Shown piece by piece: positions 1 to 9,638 of a DNA stretch of 64,000 nt (position 1 is its first letter; every line of letters begins with the position of its first letter). This stretch comes from an uncultured Thermoleophilia bacterium (GTDB lineage: Bacteria > Actinomycetota > Thermoleophilia > UBA2241), in NCBI GenBank assembly GCA_963834905.1, contig CAWIDR010000037.1, positions 93,023 to 157,022 on the forward strand. The letters run 5' to 3'. The translations under genes were made by a program, and so were the position numbers. The notes beneath the pieces are model-generated. The model searched no databases, was not told the DNA's origin, and worked only from the letters and a program-made list of their open reading frames with translations.

Positions 1-67
1 GCTCCGCGAGCTGGGTCCGAGCCCGGTGAAGATGGCGCTCGCCGGCGACGCAGGGGAGAGGTGACCC

Positions 68-1037
68 GTGGCCAGTGACAAACTGCAGATCGCCCTGTAC
101 TGGGGCTCGGCCTGCGGCGGCTGCGACGTCGCCGTCCTCGACACCGACGAGTTCATCCTGGACGTGGGCGCGGCGGCCGACATCCGCCTGTGGCCGATCG
201 CCGTCGACGGCAAGTACGCCGACATCGAGGCGATGGAGGACGGCGAGCTCGACCTCGCCATCTACAACGGAGCGGTGCGCAACTCCGAGAACGAGCACAT
301 CGCGAAGCTGCTGCGCGCCAAGAGCAAGATCCTCGTGGCCTTCGGGTCGTGCGCCCACATCGGCGGCATCCCCGGGCTCGCCAACCTCACGTCGCGCGAC
401 GAGATCCTGGGCACGGCCTACCTCCACAACCCGAGCCTCGAGAAGGGCAGCAAGACGCTGCCGCTGCCGGAGAGCGGCGTCAACGGCACGACGCTGACGA
501 TCCCCAGCTTCTACAAGCGCGTCTACAAGCTCGACGACATCGTGCCGGTCGACTACTACGTGCCCGGCTGCCCGCCCGCCTTCGACCAGGTCAAGGCGGT
601 GCTCCTGGCCGTCGTGACCGGGAATCTGCCGGCCGTCGGCTCGATCGTGGGGGCCTCCGACCGGGCGCTCTGCGAAGACTGCACGCGCGTCAAGAGTGAG
701 AAGCGGATCAAGCACTTCTACCGGCCCTGGCAGATCATGATCGACCCCGAAGCCTGTCTGCTGGAGCAGGGCATCCTCTGCGCCGGCCCGGTCACGAGAT
801 CCGGCTGCGGAGCGCGCTGCCCGTCCAGCGGCATCCCCTGCCGCGGCTGCTACGGACCGCTTGACGACGTCGTCGATCAGGGCGCGAAGCTGCTCTCGGC
901 CATCACCTCGGTGATCGACAGCACCGACCCGGAGGAGATAGACCGGATCATCGACGGGCTTCCGGACTTCGCCGGCTTCGCCTACCGCTTCACGCATGCC
1001 GTCGTCACTGCCTGCAAAGGAGCGTCGGGGTCAATGA
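68..1037 (+). CDS. mvhG: [NiFe]-hydrogenase small subunit, cytoplasmic group 3 (MvhG-like); native stop apparently lost to a 1-nt indel near ~995
   Basis: N-terminal third of ORF 68..2500. It starts MASDKLQIALYWGSACGGCDVAVLD with no Tat signal and has Cys clusters (GSCAHIGG, PGCPP, CRGCYGP). An AAAGGAG RBS (1016-1022) precedes the ATG at 1034. An out-of-frame TGA at 1035-1037 gives an ATGA overlap if the frame is corrected (..YRFT/MPSSLPAKERRGQ*). Confidence 0.8.
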
Positions 1038-2500
1038 GCAGGAAGATCAGCATCGACCCCATCACGCGCCTCGAAGGCCACGGCAAGATCGAGATCTTCC
1101 TCGACGACGAAGGGGCGGTCGAGGACTGCTACTTCCAGATCCCGGAACTGCGCGGCTTCGAGCGCTTCGTGGTCGGGCGGCCGATCGAAGAGCTCCCGCG
1201 CCTGGTCACGCGCATCTGCGGCGTCTGCCCCGCCAGCCACCACATGGCCAGCGCGAAGGCCGTGGACGGCTGCTTCGGCGGCGAGGTGGCGCCGCTGGCC
1301 GTGAAGCTGCGGCGCATGTACTACAACGCCCACTACATCCACAGCCACATCGCGCACTTCTACGCGCTGGCGGCGCCCGACTTCGTGCTCGGACCAGACG
1401 CCGACCCCGCCATCCGCAACGTGCTCGGCGTGGTCGCCAAGGTCGGCCTCGAGATCGGCGGCGCCGTCATCGGCTCGCGGTCCAAGGCGCAGGAGATCCA
1501 GCGCATCATCGGCGGCCGCTCCACCCAGGACATCTGGTGCATCCCCGGCGGCGTCGCGAAGGGCCTGAAGCCGGAGGAGCTCGACCAGATCCGGCCGATG
1601 GTGGCGGACCTGCTCGAGTTCACGCAGTTCTCGCTGCAGCTCTTCCGCGATGTCGTGCTCGCCAACCCGACCTACCTCGACATCATCGCCAACGGTCCCT
1701 ACACGCTCGACGTCCACAACATGGGGCGTCGTCGACGAGAACAACGCCCCGACTTCTACGACGGCCAGGTCCGTGTCGTCGACTTCGAGGGCAAGGAGCT
1801 GCATCGCTACGACGCCAGGGACTACGCCGACTACGTCGCCGAGCACGTGGAGCCCTGGACGTACCTCAAGTTCCCGTACCTCAAGCAGCGCGGCTGGAAG
1901 GGGTTCAAGGAGGGCATCGACTCCTCGCTCTACTGCGCCACGCCGCTCGCCCGCCTCAACGTCGCCGACCGCATGGCGACGCCCAAGGCCCAGGAGGCCT
2001 TCGAGGAGATGTTCGCGACGCTCGGCGGGCACCCCAGCCGGATGCTGCTGGCACAGCACTGGGCCCGGCTCGTCGAGATGGTGCAGAACGCCGAGACGCT
2101 GCAGCTGTACTGCGACGACCCGGAGATCACCGGCGACGCGTACAGGGTGATCCCGCAGCATGTGACCGGTGAGGGTTTCGGCATCGTCGAGGCCATGCGT
2201 GGCACGCTGACCCATCACTACACCTGCGACGCGAACGCGATCTGCACCAGCGCGAACCTGATCGTGGGCACGACCAACAACAACGCGCCCATCCAGATGG
2301 TCACGAAGAAGGTCGCCCAGACCTTGATCCAGCCCGGAAGCGAGCCCGACCAGGGCATCCTCAACATGATCGAGATGGCCTTCCGCGCGTTCGATCCCTG
2401 CTACAGCTGCGCGACGCACAGCCTGCCGGGGCAGATGCCGCTGCGCGTGCGCGTGCACCGAGGCGGCGAGGTGACGCATGAGTTCCGCCGCGGCTGCTGA
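1034..2500 (+). CDS. mvhA: [NiFe]-hydrogenase large subunit (MvhA-like, group 3c); contains a compensated frameshift pair at ~1724/~1749
   Basis: SIDPITRLEGHGKIEI, RICGVCPASHH (N-terminal Ni-Fe Cys pair), C-terminal DPCYSCATH followed by a ~26-aa cleavable tail. The stretch NMGRRRREQRPDFYDG reads NMGVVDENNAP.. in the +1 frame. Confidence 0.9.
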   Translation: MSRKISIDPITRLEGHGKIEIFLDDEGAVEDCYFQIPELRGFERFVVGRPIEELPRLVTRICGVCPASHHMASAKAVDGCFGGEVAPLAVKLRRMYYNAHYIHSHIAHFYALAAPDFVLGPDADPAIRNVLGVVAKVGLEIGGAVIGSRSKAQEIQRIIGGRSTQDIWCIPGGVAKGLKPEELDQIRPMVADLLEFTQFSLQLFRDVVLANPTYLDIIANGPYTLDVHNMGRRRREQRPDFYDGQVRVVDFEGKELHRYDARDYADYVAEHVEPWTYLKFPYLKQRGWKGFKEGIDSSLYCATPLARLNVADRMATPKAQEAFEEMFATLGGHPSRMLLAQHWARLVEMVQNAETLQLYCDDPEITGDAYRVIPQHVTGEGFGIVEAMRGTLTHHYTCDANAICTSANLIVGTTNNNAPIQMVTKKVAQTLIQPGSEPDQGILNMIEMAFRAFDPCYSCATHSLPGQMPLRVRVHRGGEVTHEFRRGC

Positions 2501-3084
2501 CCGTGGCAGTCCGGGACCGGCGCCGCTCCCAGCACGACCGGCGCCGCCCCGGACCCTGCTGCTCGGGATGGGCAACCCGATCCTGTGCGACGACGCGATC
2601 GGCATCGAACTGGCGCGGCTGATCGGCTCGCACCTGGGCCGCCGTGCGCGGCCTGGTCGTTGAGGCCGAGTGCACGGTCGGCGGCCTCAATCTGCTCGAT
2701 CTCGTGGCCGGGTTCGACCGGCTGATCGTCCTCGACTCGATCAAGACCACAGGGCGGCGAGCCCGGCGACTGGTACCGCTTCGACGGCGCGGCCCTGCGC
2801 GACACGATGAACCTCAGCAACGTCCACGACGCGAACTTCGCGACTGCGATGGAACTGGGCCGGCGCATGGGGATGCACGTCCCCGCGAGGCGGACATCCA
2901 CGTCTTCGCCGTCGAGGTACGCGAGAATCTGACGTTCGGTGAGCGTCTGAGCCCGGAACTCGAGCGCCGTCGTGCCCCGGCTCTGCGAGGAGATGCTCGG
3001 CGAGATCGAGCAACTCCTGGCAACGACCAGCTCCCTGCGCACGAGCCTGACCGCGGCCCGCGACTCGCGATCGAAAGACCCTGA
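2478..3084 (+). CDS. Hydrogenase maturation endopeptidase (HycI/HoxW/FrhD family); several frame disruptions as assembled, 3' end uncertain
   Basis: TLLLGMGNPILCDDAIGIELA, then GGLNLLDLVAGFDRLIVLDSIKTTG, then (other frames) GEPGDWYRFDGAALRDTMNLSNVHDANFATAMELGRRMGMHVP and EADIHVFAVEVRENLTFGERLSPELE. Confidence 0.6.
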
Positions 3085-3379
3085 CGGCGCGAAGCCGGCG
3101 CGCGGCTCCGCGGCGATCCGTGCAGTTAGACTGCGTGGAGTTGGACCCGCACACGATCGTGGCCCTGACACTCAAGCGACACGGTATCAAGCCGCCGGCA
3201 GCGACGGGGACTGGGGCGCTGCAGAACCGTACCGCCGTCCGCGGCCCGACATTCGAGTTGCCCGCCCCGGTCCTGCCTTTACACTAGATCGTGGAGGTTT
3301 GCAATCCACAAGCACGCAACCCGGCGGACGGCTGAGAGGCCGCCATCGCCCGGCCTCGCCGGAAGGACCCATCGCCACG

Positions 3380-3916
3380 ATGACGAGCAGCACCTCCCCC
3401 ACTCTCGCCGCCGAGATCGAGGACGCCACCGGCATCAACCCCGCGACGTGCTACCAGTGCGGCAAGTGCTCCGCGGGGTGCCCGATGGCCTCCGAATCCG
3501 ATCTCCGCCCGCACCAGGTCATGCGCCGAGTCGTGTACGGCTCACGCGAGCGGGCTCTCCAGGACGAGTCGATCTGGCTCTGCCTCACGTGCGAGACATG
3601 CAGCGCCCGCTGCCCCAACGGCTGCGACCCGGCACGCGTCATCGACGCCGTGCGCGAGATCGCCTTCGAGTCTGGGCAGGCGCGAATGCCGCGCAGCATC
3701 GGAGCGTTCCACAAAGCGTTCCTGCAGCAGATCCGCACCAACGGCCGCCTCCACGAGATGGGCATGGTCATGGAGTACAAGCTCAGGACGGGCGACCTCA
3801 TGAAGGACGTCACCAACGCGCCCGGCATGTTCCTGCGCGGCAAGCTCCACGTTCTCCCCGACAAGATCGACGGCGTCGCCGAGATCAAGCGCATCTTGAG
3901 AGTGCGGGGTGAAGCG
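3380..3916 (+). CDS. hdrC: Heterodisulfide reductase subunit C (2x[4Fe-4S]); reads through into hdrB as assembled
   Basis: CYQCGKCSAGCPM and CLTCETCSARCPNG motifs within ORF 2972..5068; start ATG at 3380. Confidence 0.8.
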
Positions 3917-3972
3917 ATGAGCACGGTAGAACGAGCAGTGCGGGGTGAATCCATGAGCACGGTCACAGAAGA
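3901..3972 (+). repeat. In-frame 36-nt tandem duplication at the hdrC/hdrB junction, duplicating the hdrB start region
   Basis: agtgcggggtgaaGCGatgagcacggt.. (3901) versus agtgcggggtgaaTCCatgagcacggt.. (3937). Protein: VRGEAMSTVERA / VRGESMSTVTED. Confidence 0.75.
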
Positions 3973-5068
3973 CGCGGCCGCCACGACCGCGGAGGACGCC
4001 GCGCGGGCCAAGACTGCTCGCGGCGTCGCCTACTATCCCGGCTGCTCGCTGCACGGCACTTCTCCGGAGTTCGACCAGAGCCTGCGTGCCGTCGCCGCTC
4101 ACCTCGGCATCGGGCTCGCCGAGATCCCGGACTGGAACTGCTGCGGCGCCAGCAGTGGCCACACGACCGACCACCTGCTCGGCGTGGCGCTGCCGGCCCG
4201 TAACCTGGCGCTCGCCGAAGCCCAGGGCTTCGACCGCGTGCTCGCCCCCTGCGCCGCCTGCTACAACCGCCTCGCCGGAGCGCATCTCGCCATCGCGACC
4301 GAGGAGGGCCTCGCCGAGCGGATGCCCGAGATCCTCGGACGCCCCTTCGCAAACAGCGTCGAGGTCTTCAATGCGGTGCAACTGCTGCACGATGCGGCGG
4401 CGACCATCGAGGAGAAGACGGCGGCGATGCCGAGCGAGGCCAACCCCATCAAGGGCGTCAAGCTCGCCGCCTACTACGGCTGCCTGCTGGTTCGTCCGCC
4501 CGAGCTCAGTGGCGGCGACGACGCGGAGCAGCCCACGCAGATGGACGACGTCATCCGCGCCTGCGGCGGCGAGGCCGTCGATTGGAACATGAAGGTCGAG
4601 TGCTGCGGCGGCGCCTTCAGCGTCAGCCGCACCAGCTCCGTCGTGCGGCTCGGCCGCTCCATCATCGAGGACGCGCGGCGCAACGGCGCCGAGGCCATCG
4701 TCGTCGCCTGCCCGCTGTGCCACAGCAACCTCGACCTGCGCCAGAAGGCGATGGCGACGCGCGGCGAGCAGCCGCTGCCCATCCTCTTCGTCACGGAGGT
4801 CGTGGGCCTCGCCCTCGGCCTGCCCGCCGAGTCTCTCGGCCTGGGCCGGCACTTCGTGACCACCGAGTCCTTCGTCAAGGAACTGGTGGCCCGCGCCGCC
4901 AAGCGCGCGGAGGAGGAGAAGCGCCTGCAGGCGGAGGCGGAGGCCAAGGCCGCCGCCCGCGCCGCCAAGCGCGCCGAGGCCGAGGCCGCCAAGGCGGCGG
5001 AGGCCGGCGGCGCAGCCGCTCCGGCCGCACCGTCGGACGCCGCGCCCGGCTCCGGAGGTGACGCATGA
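3917..5068 (+). CDS. hdrB: Heterodisulfide reductase subunit B (two CCG domains) with an Ala/Glu/Lys-rich C-terminal tail
   Basis: YYPGCSLHG..., DWNCCGAS, APCAACYNRL, YYGCLLVRP, VECCGGAF, VVACPLCHSNL. Alternative ATG starts at 3917 and 3953 because of a 36-nt duplication. The TGA overlaps the hdrA ATG. Confidence 0.85.
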   Translation: MSTVERAVRGESMSTVTEDAAATTAEDAARAKTARGVAYYPGCSLHGTSPEFDQSLRAVAAHLGIGLAEIPDWNCCGASSGHTTDHLLGVALPARNLALAEAQGFDRVLAPCAACYNRLAGAHLAIATEEGLAERMPEILGRPFANSVEVFNAVQLLHDAAATIEEKTAAMPSEANPIKGVKLAAYYGCLLVRPPELSGGDDAEQPTQMDDVIRACGGEAVDWNMKVECCGGAFSVSRTSSVVRLGRSIIEDARRNGAEAIVVACPLCHSNLDLRQKAMATRGEQPLPILFVTEVVGLALGLPAESLGLGRHFVTTESFVKELVARAAKRAEEEKRLQAEAEAKAAARAAKRAEAEAAKAAEAGGAAAPAAPSDAAPGSGGDA

Positions 5069-7095
5069 GCCGCATCGGCGTCTTCGTCTGCCACTGCGGC
5101 GAGAACATCGCCCGCACCGTCGACTGCGCCCAGGTCGCCGAGACGCTCAGGGACCATCCGGGCGTCGCCGTCGCCGAGGACTACAAGTACATGTGCTCGG
5201 ACCCGGGCCAGGCCCTGGTCAAGAAGGCGATCGAGGAGAACGACCTCACCGGCGTCGTCATCGCCGCCTGCTCGCCGCACATGCACGAGAAGACGTTCCG
5301 CCGCGCCGCCGACCAGGCCGGCCTCAACAAGTTCATGTGCGAGATGGCCAACATCCGCGAGCACTGCTCCTGGATCCACGAGGACAAGGACGAGGCGACC
5401 GCCAAGGCCATCGACATCGGCCGCACGATCATCGAGAAGGTCAAGCACAACCAGCCGCTCGAGACCATCAAGATCCCCGTGACCAAGCGCGCACTCGTCA
5501 TCGGCGGCGGCATCGCCGGCATCCAGGCGGCGCTCGACATCGCCGACGGCGGCCACGAGGTCATCCTCGTCGAGAAGGAAGCGTCCATCGGCGGCCACAT
5601 GAGCCAGCTGAGCGAGACGTTCCCCACGCTCGACTGCTCGCAGTGCATCCTCACGCCCGCGCATGGTGGAGGCGTACCAGCACCCCAACATCAAGCTCCA
5701 CACCTGGAGCGAGGTGGAGAAGGTCGACGGCTACATCGGCAACTTCGAGGTCACGGTCCGCAAGAAGGCGCGCAGCGTGAACCAGGACCTCTGCAACGGC
5801 TGCGGCGACTGCTTCGGCGTCTGCCCCTCCAAGAAGATCCCGAGCGAGTTCGAGGCCGGCCTCGGCAAGCGCACCGCCATCTACGTGCCCTTCCCGCAGG
5901 CGGTGCCCAACCAGCCGGTCCTCGACCGCGAGAACTGCACGCTCTTCAAGGGCCGGCGCAAGGGCCTCGCCAAGGACGCCTGCGGCAAGTGCAAGGAGGC
6001 GTGCCTCAAGGGCGCGATCGACTACGACACCGAAGACGAGTTCGTGACCGAGGAGGTCGGGGCGATCGTGATCGCCACCGGCTTCAAGCTCTACGACATC
6101 GGCCGCGACCAGCCCGAGGGCCTCAAGGGCTACGGCGAGTACGGCTACGGCGAGGTGGCGGACGTCATCGACGGCCTGCAGTTCGAGCGCCTGGCGTCGG
6201 CCAGCGGGCCGACCGCGGGCGCGATCCTGCAGGCCGTCCGACGGCAAGGAGCCGAAGACGGTGGTCTTCGTCCACTGCGTCGGCTCCCGCGACCCCGAGA
6301 AGGGCATGAGCTACTGCAGCAAGATCTGCTGCATGTACAACGCCAAGCACGCGATGCTCTACAAGCACAAGGTGCACGACGGCCGCGCGATCGTCTTCTA
6401 CATGGACATCCGCGCCGCCGGCAAGGGCTACGACGAGTTCAGCCGGCGGGCCATCGAAGAGGACCACGCGGAGTACATCCGCGGCCGCGTCAGCCGCATC
6501 TTCCGCGACGGCGACAAGGTCAAGGTCTGGGGCTTCGACACGCTGAGCGGCGAGCAGGTCGTGATCGACGCCGACATGGTGGTGCTGGCCACGGCCGTGC
6601 GCCCGCAGGACGGCGTCAAGGAGCTGGCCCAGAAGCTCAGCGTGAGCGTCGACGCCGACGGCTTCATCAACGAGGCGCACCCCAAGCTGCGCCCCGTCGA
6701 GACCAACACCGCCGGCGTCTTCGTCGCCGGCGCCTGCCAGTCGCCGCGGGACATCCCGGACGCGGTCGCCATGGCGAGCGCCACCGGCGCCAAGGTGCTC
6801 GGCCTCTTCAGCTCGGACGAGCTGGAGCGCGAGCCGGCCGTGGCCGATGGTCAACGAGCAGACCTGCATCGGCTGCATGCGCTGCGAGCTGGTGTGCCCC
6901 TACGGGGCCATCGAGCAGCGCGAGGTCTGCACCGTGGACGGCCACGTCTGCGGCCACACAGCCTACGTGAACCCGGGCGTCTGCCAGGGCTGCGGCACCT
7001 GCCAGGCCGTGTGCCTGAGCAAGAGCGTCGAGCTCCAGACGTTCACCGACGAGCAGATCTTCAGCGAGATCAACGCGCTCTGCGCGTGGGAGTGA
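5065..7095 (+). CDS. hdrA: Heterodisulfide reductase subunit A (FAD/FeS flavoprotein); three frame disruptions (~5658, ~6232, ~6845)
   Basis: Four consecutive ORF pieces (5065.., 5663.., 6261.., 6847..) join into one HdrA. Motifs: VFVCHCGENIA, LVIGGGIAGIQAALD, LDCSQCILTP|MVEAYQHPNI, CNGCGDCFGVCP, VFVHCVGSRD, CSKICCMY, CIGCMRCELVCPYGAI, CQGCGTCQAVC. Confidence 0.85.
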
Positions 7096-7096
7096 C

Positions 7097-7582
7097 ATGA
7101 GCGACGACTTCGAACCGCGCATCACCGCCTTCGTCTGCAACTGGTGCACCTACACCGGCGCCGACCTTGCCGGCACCAGCCGCCTGCACATGGCGAGCAA
7201 CGTGCGTCTCATCCGTCTGCCCTGCACAGGGCGCATCGACCCACTGTTCATCGTCAAGTCGTTCGAACGCGGCGCCGACGGCGTCATCGTCAGCGGCTGC
7301 CACCCGGCCGACTGCCACTACACGTCGGGCAACTACCACGCCCGCCGGCGGTTCGCCGTGTTCCACGACATCATGGAGTTCATCGGCGTCGACCCACGGC
7401 GTATGACCTTCAGCTGGGTCTCCGCCAGCGAAGGCGCCAAGTGGAAGGACGTCGTGGACGAGGCCGTGCGCAACGTGCGCGAGCTCGGCCCCTTCGAGGC
7501 GTACCGCGCCTTGGCGCCGGAGGCAGTGGAGCCGTGGCCGACCGCGAAGTCCGGTCCCGCCGGCGAGGAGGTGGCGTCGTGA
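7097..7582 (+). CDS. mvhD: MvhD/FlxD-type hydrogenase delta subunit (2Fe-2S)
   Basis: ITAFVCNWCTYTGADLAG...RLPCTGRIDP..GADGVIVSGCHPADCHY, typical of the MvhD/FlpD family. Confidence 0.85.
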   Translation: MSDDFEPRITAFVCNWCTYTGADLAGTSRLHMASNVRLIRLPCTGRIDPLFIVKSFERGADGVIVSGCHPADCHYTSGNYHARRRFAVFHDIMEFIGVDPRRMTFSWVSASEGAKWKDVVDEAVRNVRELGPFEAYRALAPEAVEPWPTAKSGPAGEEVAS

Positions 7583-8496
7583 CCGACATGGCCACCGCCC
7601 CCGTGTACACCGGCGTCGACGACCTCCGCCGCATCGCCCGCGAGCTGCTCGAGGCCGGCGACGTGCGCGTGATCATCGGCTACGAGAACGCCCGCAGGGG
7701 CGCCCGGCCGGTCTTCATCAGCGACCCGGCCGACACGGACAAGCTCATCTTCGACACGCGCTGCGTGCACAACCTCGTGACCTACCTGAACCCGCGCCGC
7801 GACCACGTCGCGGAGCTCGGCAAGATCGCGCTGGTCGTCAAAGGCTGCGACGTCAAAGCCGTCGCCGGCCTGCTGCGCGAGGCGCAGCTGAGCCGCGACG
7901 ACGTCGTCCTGATCGGCGTGCGCTGCGGCGGCGTGCTCGAGGAGAACGAGCTGCCCGCCGCCCTGGCCCTCACGCCGGAGAACGTCGCGCCGCGCTGCTA
8001 CGGCTGCGACAATCGCGAGCCGACGCTGACGGACCACCTCGTCGGCGAGCCGCAGCCGGAGCCCCCGCGGCCGGTGATGACCATCGACGAGCGCGTCGCC
8101 GCGCTCGACGACCAGCCCATGGAGGAGCGCTGGGCGTTCTGGACGGAGCAGTTCAGCAAGTGCGTGCGCTGCTACGCCTGCCGCCAGGTGTGCCCGCTCT
8201 GCATCTGCGAGCAGTGCATCGTCGAGAAGACCCGTCCGCAGTGGATCGAGTCGTCCGCGCACCCGCGCGGCAATCTCAGCTGGAACATCACGCGCGCCAT
8301 CCACCTCGCCGGCCGCTGCGTGGACTGCGGCGAGTGCGAGCGCTTCTGCCCCGTGGGCATCCCGCTCAGCCTGCTCAACCGCAAGCTGCAGCACATCGTG
8401 CACGAGCGCTACGACTACACCGTGAGCGACGACCCGGAGAACGCGGCGCCGATCGGCGACTACCGCCTCGACGACCAGCAGGAGTTCATCAAGTGA
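7579..8496 (+). CDS. 4Fe-4S dicluster protein, FlxC-like partner of the Hdr/Flx module
   Basis: GTGA overlap with mvhD. CVRCYACRQVCPLCIC and CVDCGECERFCP ferredoxin motifs. Confidence 0.6.
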   Translation: MTDMATAPVYTGVDDLRRIARELLEAGDVRVIIGYENARRGARPVFISDPADTDKLIFDTRCVHNLVTYLNPRRDHVAELGKIALVVKGCDVKAVAGLLREAQLSRDDVVLIGVRCGGVLEENELPAALALTPENVAPRCYGCDNREPTLTDHLVGEPQPEPPRPVMTIDERVAALDDQPMEERWAFWTEQFSKCVRCYACRQVCPLCICEQCIVEKTRPQWIESSAHPRGNLSWNITRAIHLAGRCVDCGECERFCPVGIPLSLLNRKLQHIVHERYDYTVSDDPENAAPIGDYRLDDQQEFIK

Positions 8497-9638
8497 GCGA
8501 CCGATACTTCATCTCCGACAGCGACCTGCGCGGCCTCGCCGCGGACCTGCTCGGCGCGGGCACGGAAGTGATCGCGCCCGTCGCCACCGACATCTGCCAG
8601 TCCCCCTCGGCCATCGCAGCCACGGCGTGCACGCTCGACCACTCGCTGGTCGACATCGACTACCGCGCCCTCGCGTCGGCGGACGAGCTCGACCTCTCCC
8701 GCGGCCTGCCGCAGCTCTCGCTCAAGGGCTACTTCCTGCCCGAGCACGAGGCGCTCTGCCGCTGGAAGCAGAAGGGCACCACCATCGAGGTCGAGGAAGT
8801 CCCGACCGAGTTCGCCCCGCGCGTCGTGCTGGCGGCCAAGCCCTGCGACGCCGCCGCCCTCGAGGTCGTCGACAAGGTCATGAACTGGGACTACAAGGAC
8901 GAGCTCTGGAACGGCCGCCGCGAGGCGACCACTATCGTCAATCTCACCTGCCCGATGATCGACGACAGCTGCTTCTGCACCGCCGTCGGCACGGCGCCGG
9001 ACGACGTCAAGGGCGCCGACGGCCTGCTCACGCCGGTCGCCGGCGGCTACGTGTACGAGCCGGCGACCGACAAGGGGCGCGCCCTGGCCGAGGCCAACAA
9101 GGCGCGCTTCTCCGGCGACGTCGAGGCCGACACGCTGGGCCGCGAGGCCGACGACGAGCGCGCGGCCTCACGCCAACGCGTCGCCGCCAACCTCGAGATC
9201 GACGCGGAGAGCGTGCGCGACTGGATCGACACGCACTTCGAGGACCCGCTGCTCTCGCAGCTGGCCATGCGCTGCAACGGCTGCGGCGCCTGTACGAGCG
9301 TCTGCCCCACCTGCCACTGCTTCGACATCGTCGACGAGCAGGAGGGGGTCGGCCGCGGGACCCGGCGCCGCTGCTGGGACACATGCCAGGCGCCGACGTT
9401 CACGCTGCACGCCAGCGGCCACAACCCGCGCGACGACCAGCACGTTCGCTATCGCCAGCGCATCAACCACAAGTTCGCCATCTACCCGCTCAAGTTCGGC
9501 GAGGTGCTCTGCACCGGCTGCGGCCGCTGCACGCGCGTCTGCCACGCCGGCCAGGACCTCGTCGAGATCCTGCAGGCGATCGACATCGCCGCCCGCCGCC
9601 CGGGCGACTCCGCCGAGCCCGAGGAGGCGGCGTCGTGA
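8493..9638 (+). CDS. FeS subunit, AsrA/HydB/FlxB-like
   Basis: GTGA overlap with the previous gene. CNGCGACTSVCPTCHCFD and CTGCGRCTRVCH motifs. The layout resembles anaerobic sulfite reductase subunit A and sulfhydrogenase beta subunit. Confidence 0.6.
   Translation: MSDRYFISDSDLRGLAADLLGAGTEVIAPVATDICQSPSAIAATACTLDHSLVDIDYRALASADELDLSRGLPQLSLKGYFLPEHEALCRWKQKGTTIEVEEVPTEFAPRVVLAAKPCDAAALEVVDKVMNWDYKDELWNGRREATTIVNLTCPMIDDSCFCTAVGTAPDDVKGADGLLTPVAGGYVYEPATDKGRALAEANKARFSGDVEADTLGREADDERAASRQRVAANLEIDAESVRDWIDTHFEDPLLSQLAMRCNGCGACTSVCPTCHCFDIVDEQEGVGRGTRRRCWDTCQAPTFTLHASGHNPRDDQHVRYRQRINHKFAIYPLKFGEVLCTGCGRCTRVCHAGQDLVEILQAIDIAARRPGDSAEPEEAAS

Noticed and set aside
68-2500. A natural small-large subunit fusion of the [NiFe] hydrogenase (810-aa ORF).
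   Set aside because: An AAAGGAG RBS and an ATG sit exactly at the junction. A 1-nt frame correction ~40 nt upstream yields a stop overlapping that ATG (ATGA). Given the many indels in the window, two separate genes are more likely, though this is not proven.
1031-2605. Long antisense or out-of-frame ORFs. Examples: 1031..2605(-) 524 aa, 3542..4852(-), 18965..21832(+) 955 aa, 34554..37895(-) 1113 aa, 40488..43193(+) 901 aa.
   Set aside because: Their translations are Arg/Ala/Gly/Pro-rich with no recognisable motifs. They lie opposite, or out of frame with, genes that have clear family signatures. These are the typical shadow ORFs of stop-poor GC-rich DNA.
3291-3309. Hairpin GTGGA-GGTTTGCAA-TCCAC in the 400-nt gap upstream of hdrC, considered as a tRNA anticodon arm. 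I also looked for a tRNA-Pyl (CUCUAAA loop) in all larger intergenic regions.
   Set aside because: The loop is 9 nt. No acceptor, D or T arms can be drawn around it, and there is no GTTCGAATC-like T-loop. I saw no CTCTAAA/TTTAGAG element in the intergenic regions. The hairpin is more likely a 5'-UTR structure behind a TTGCCC...TACACT promoter-like element.
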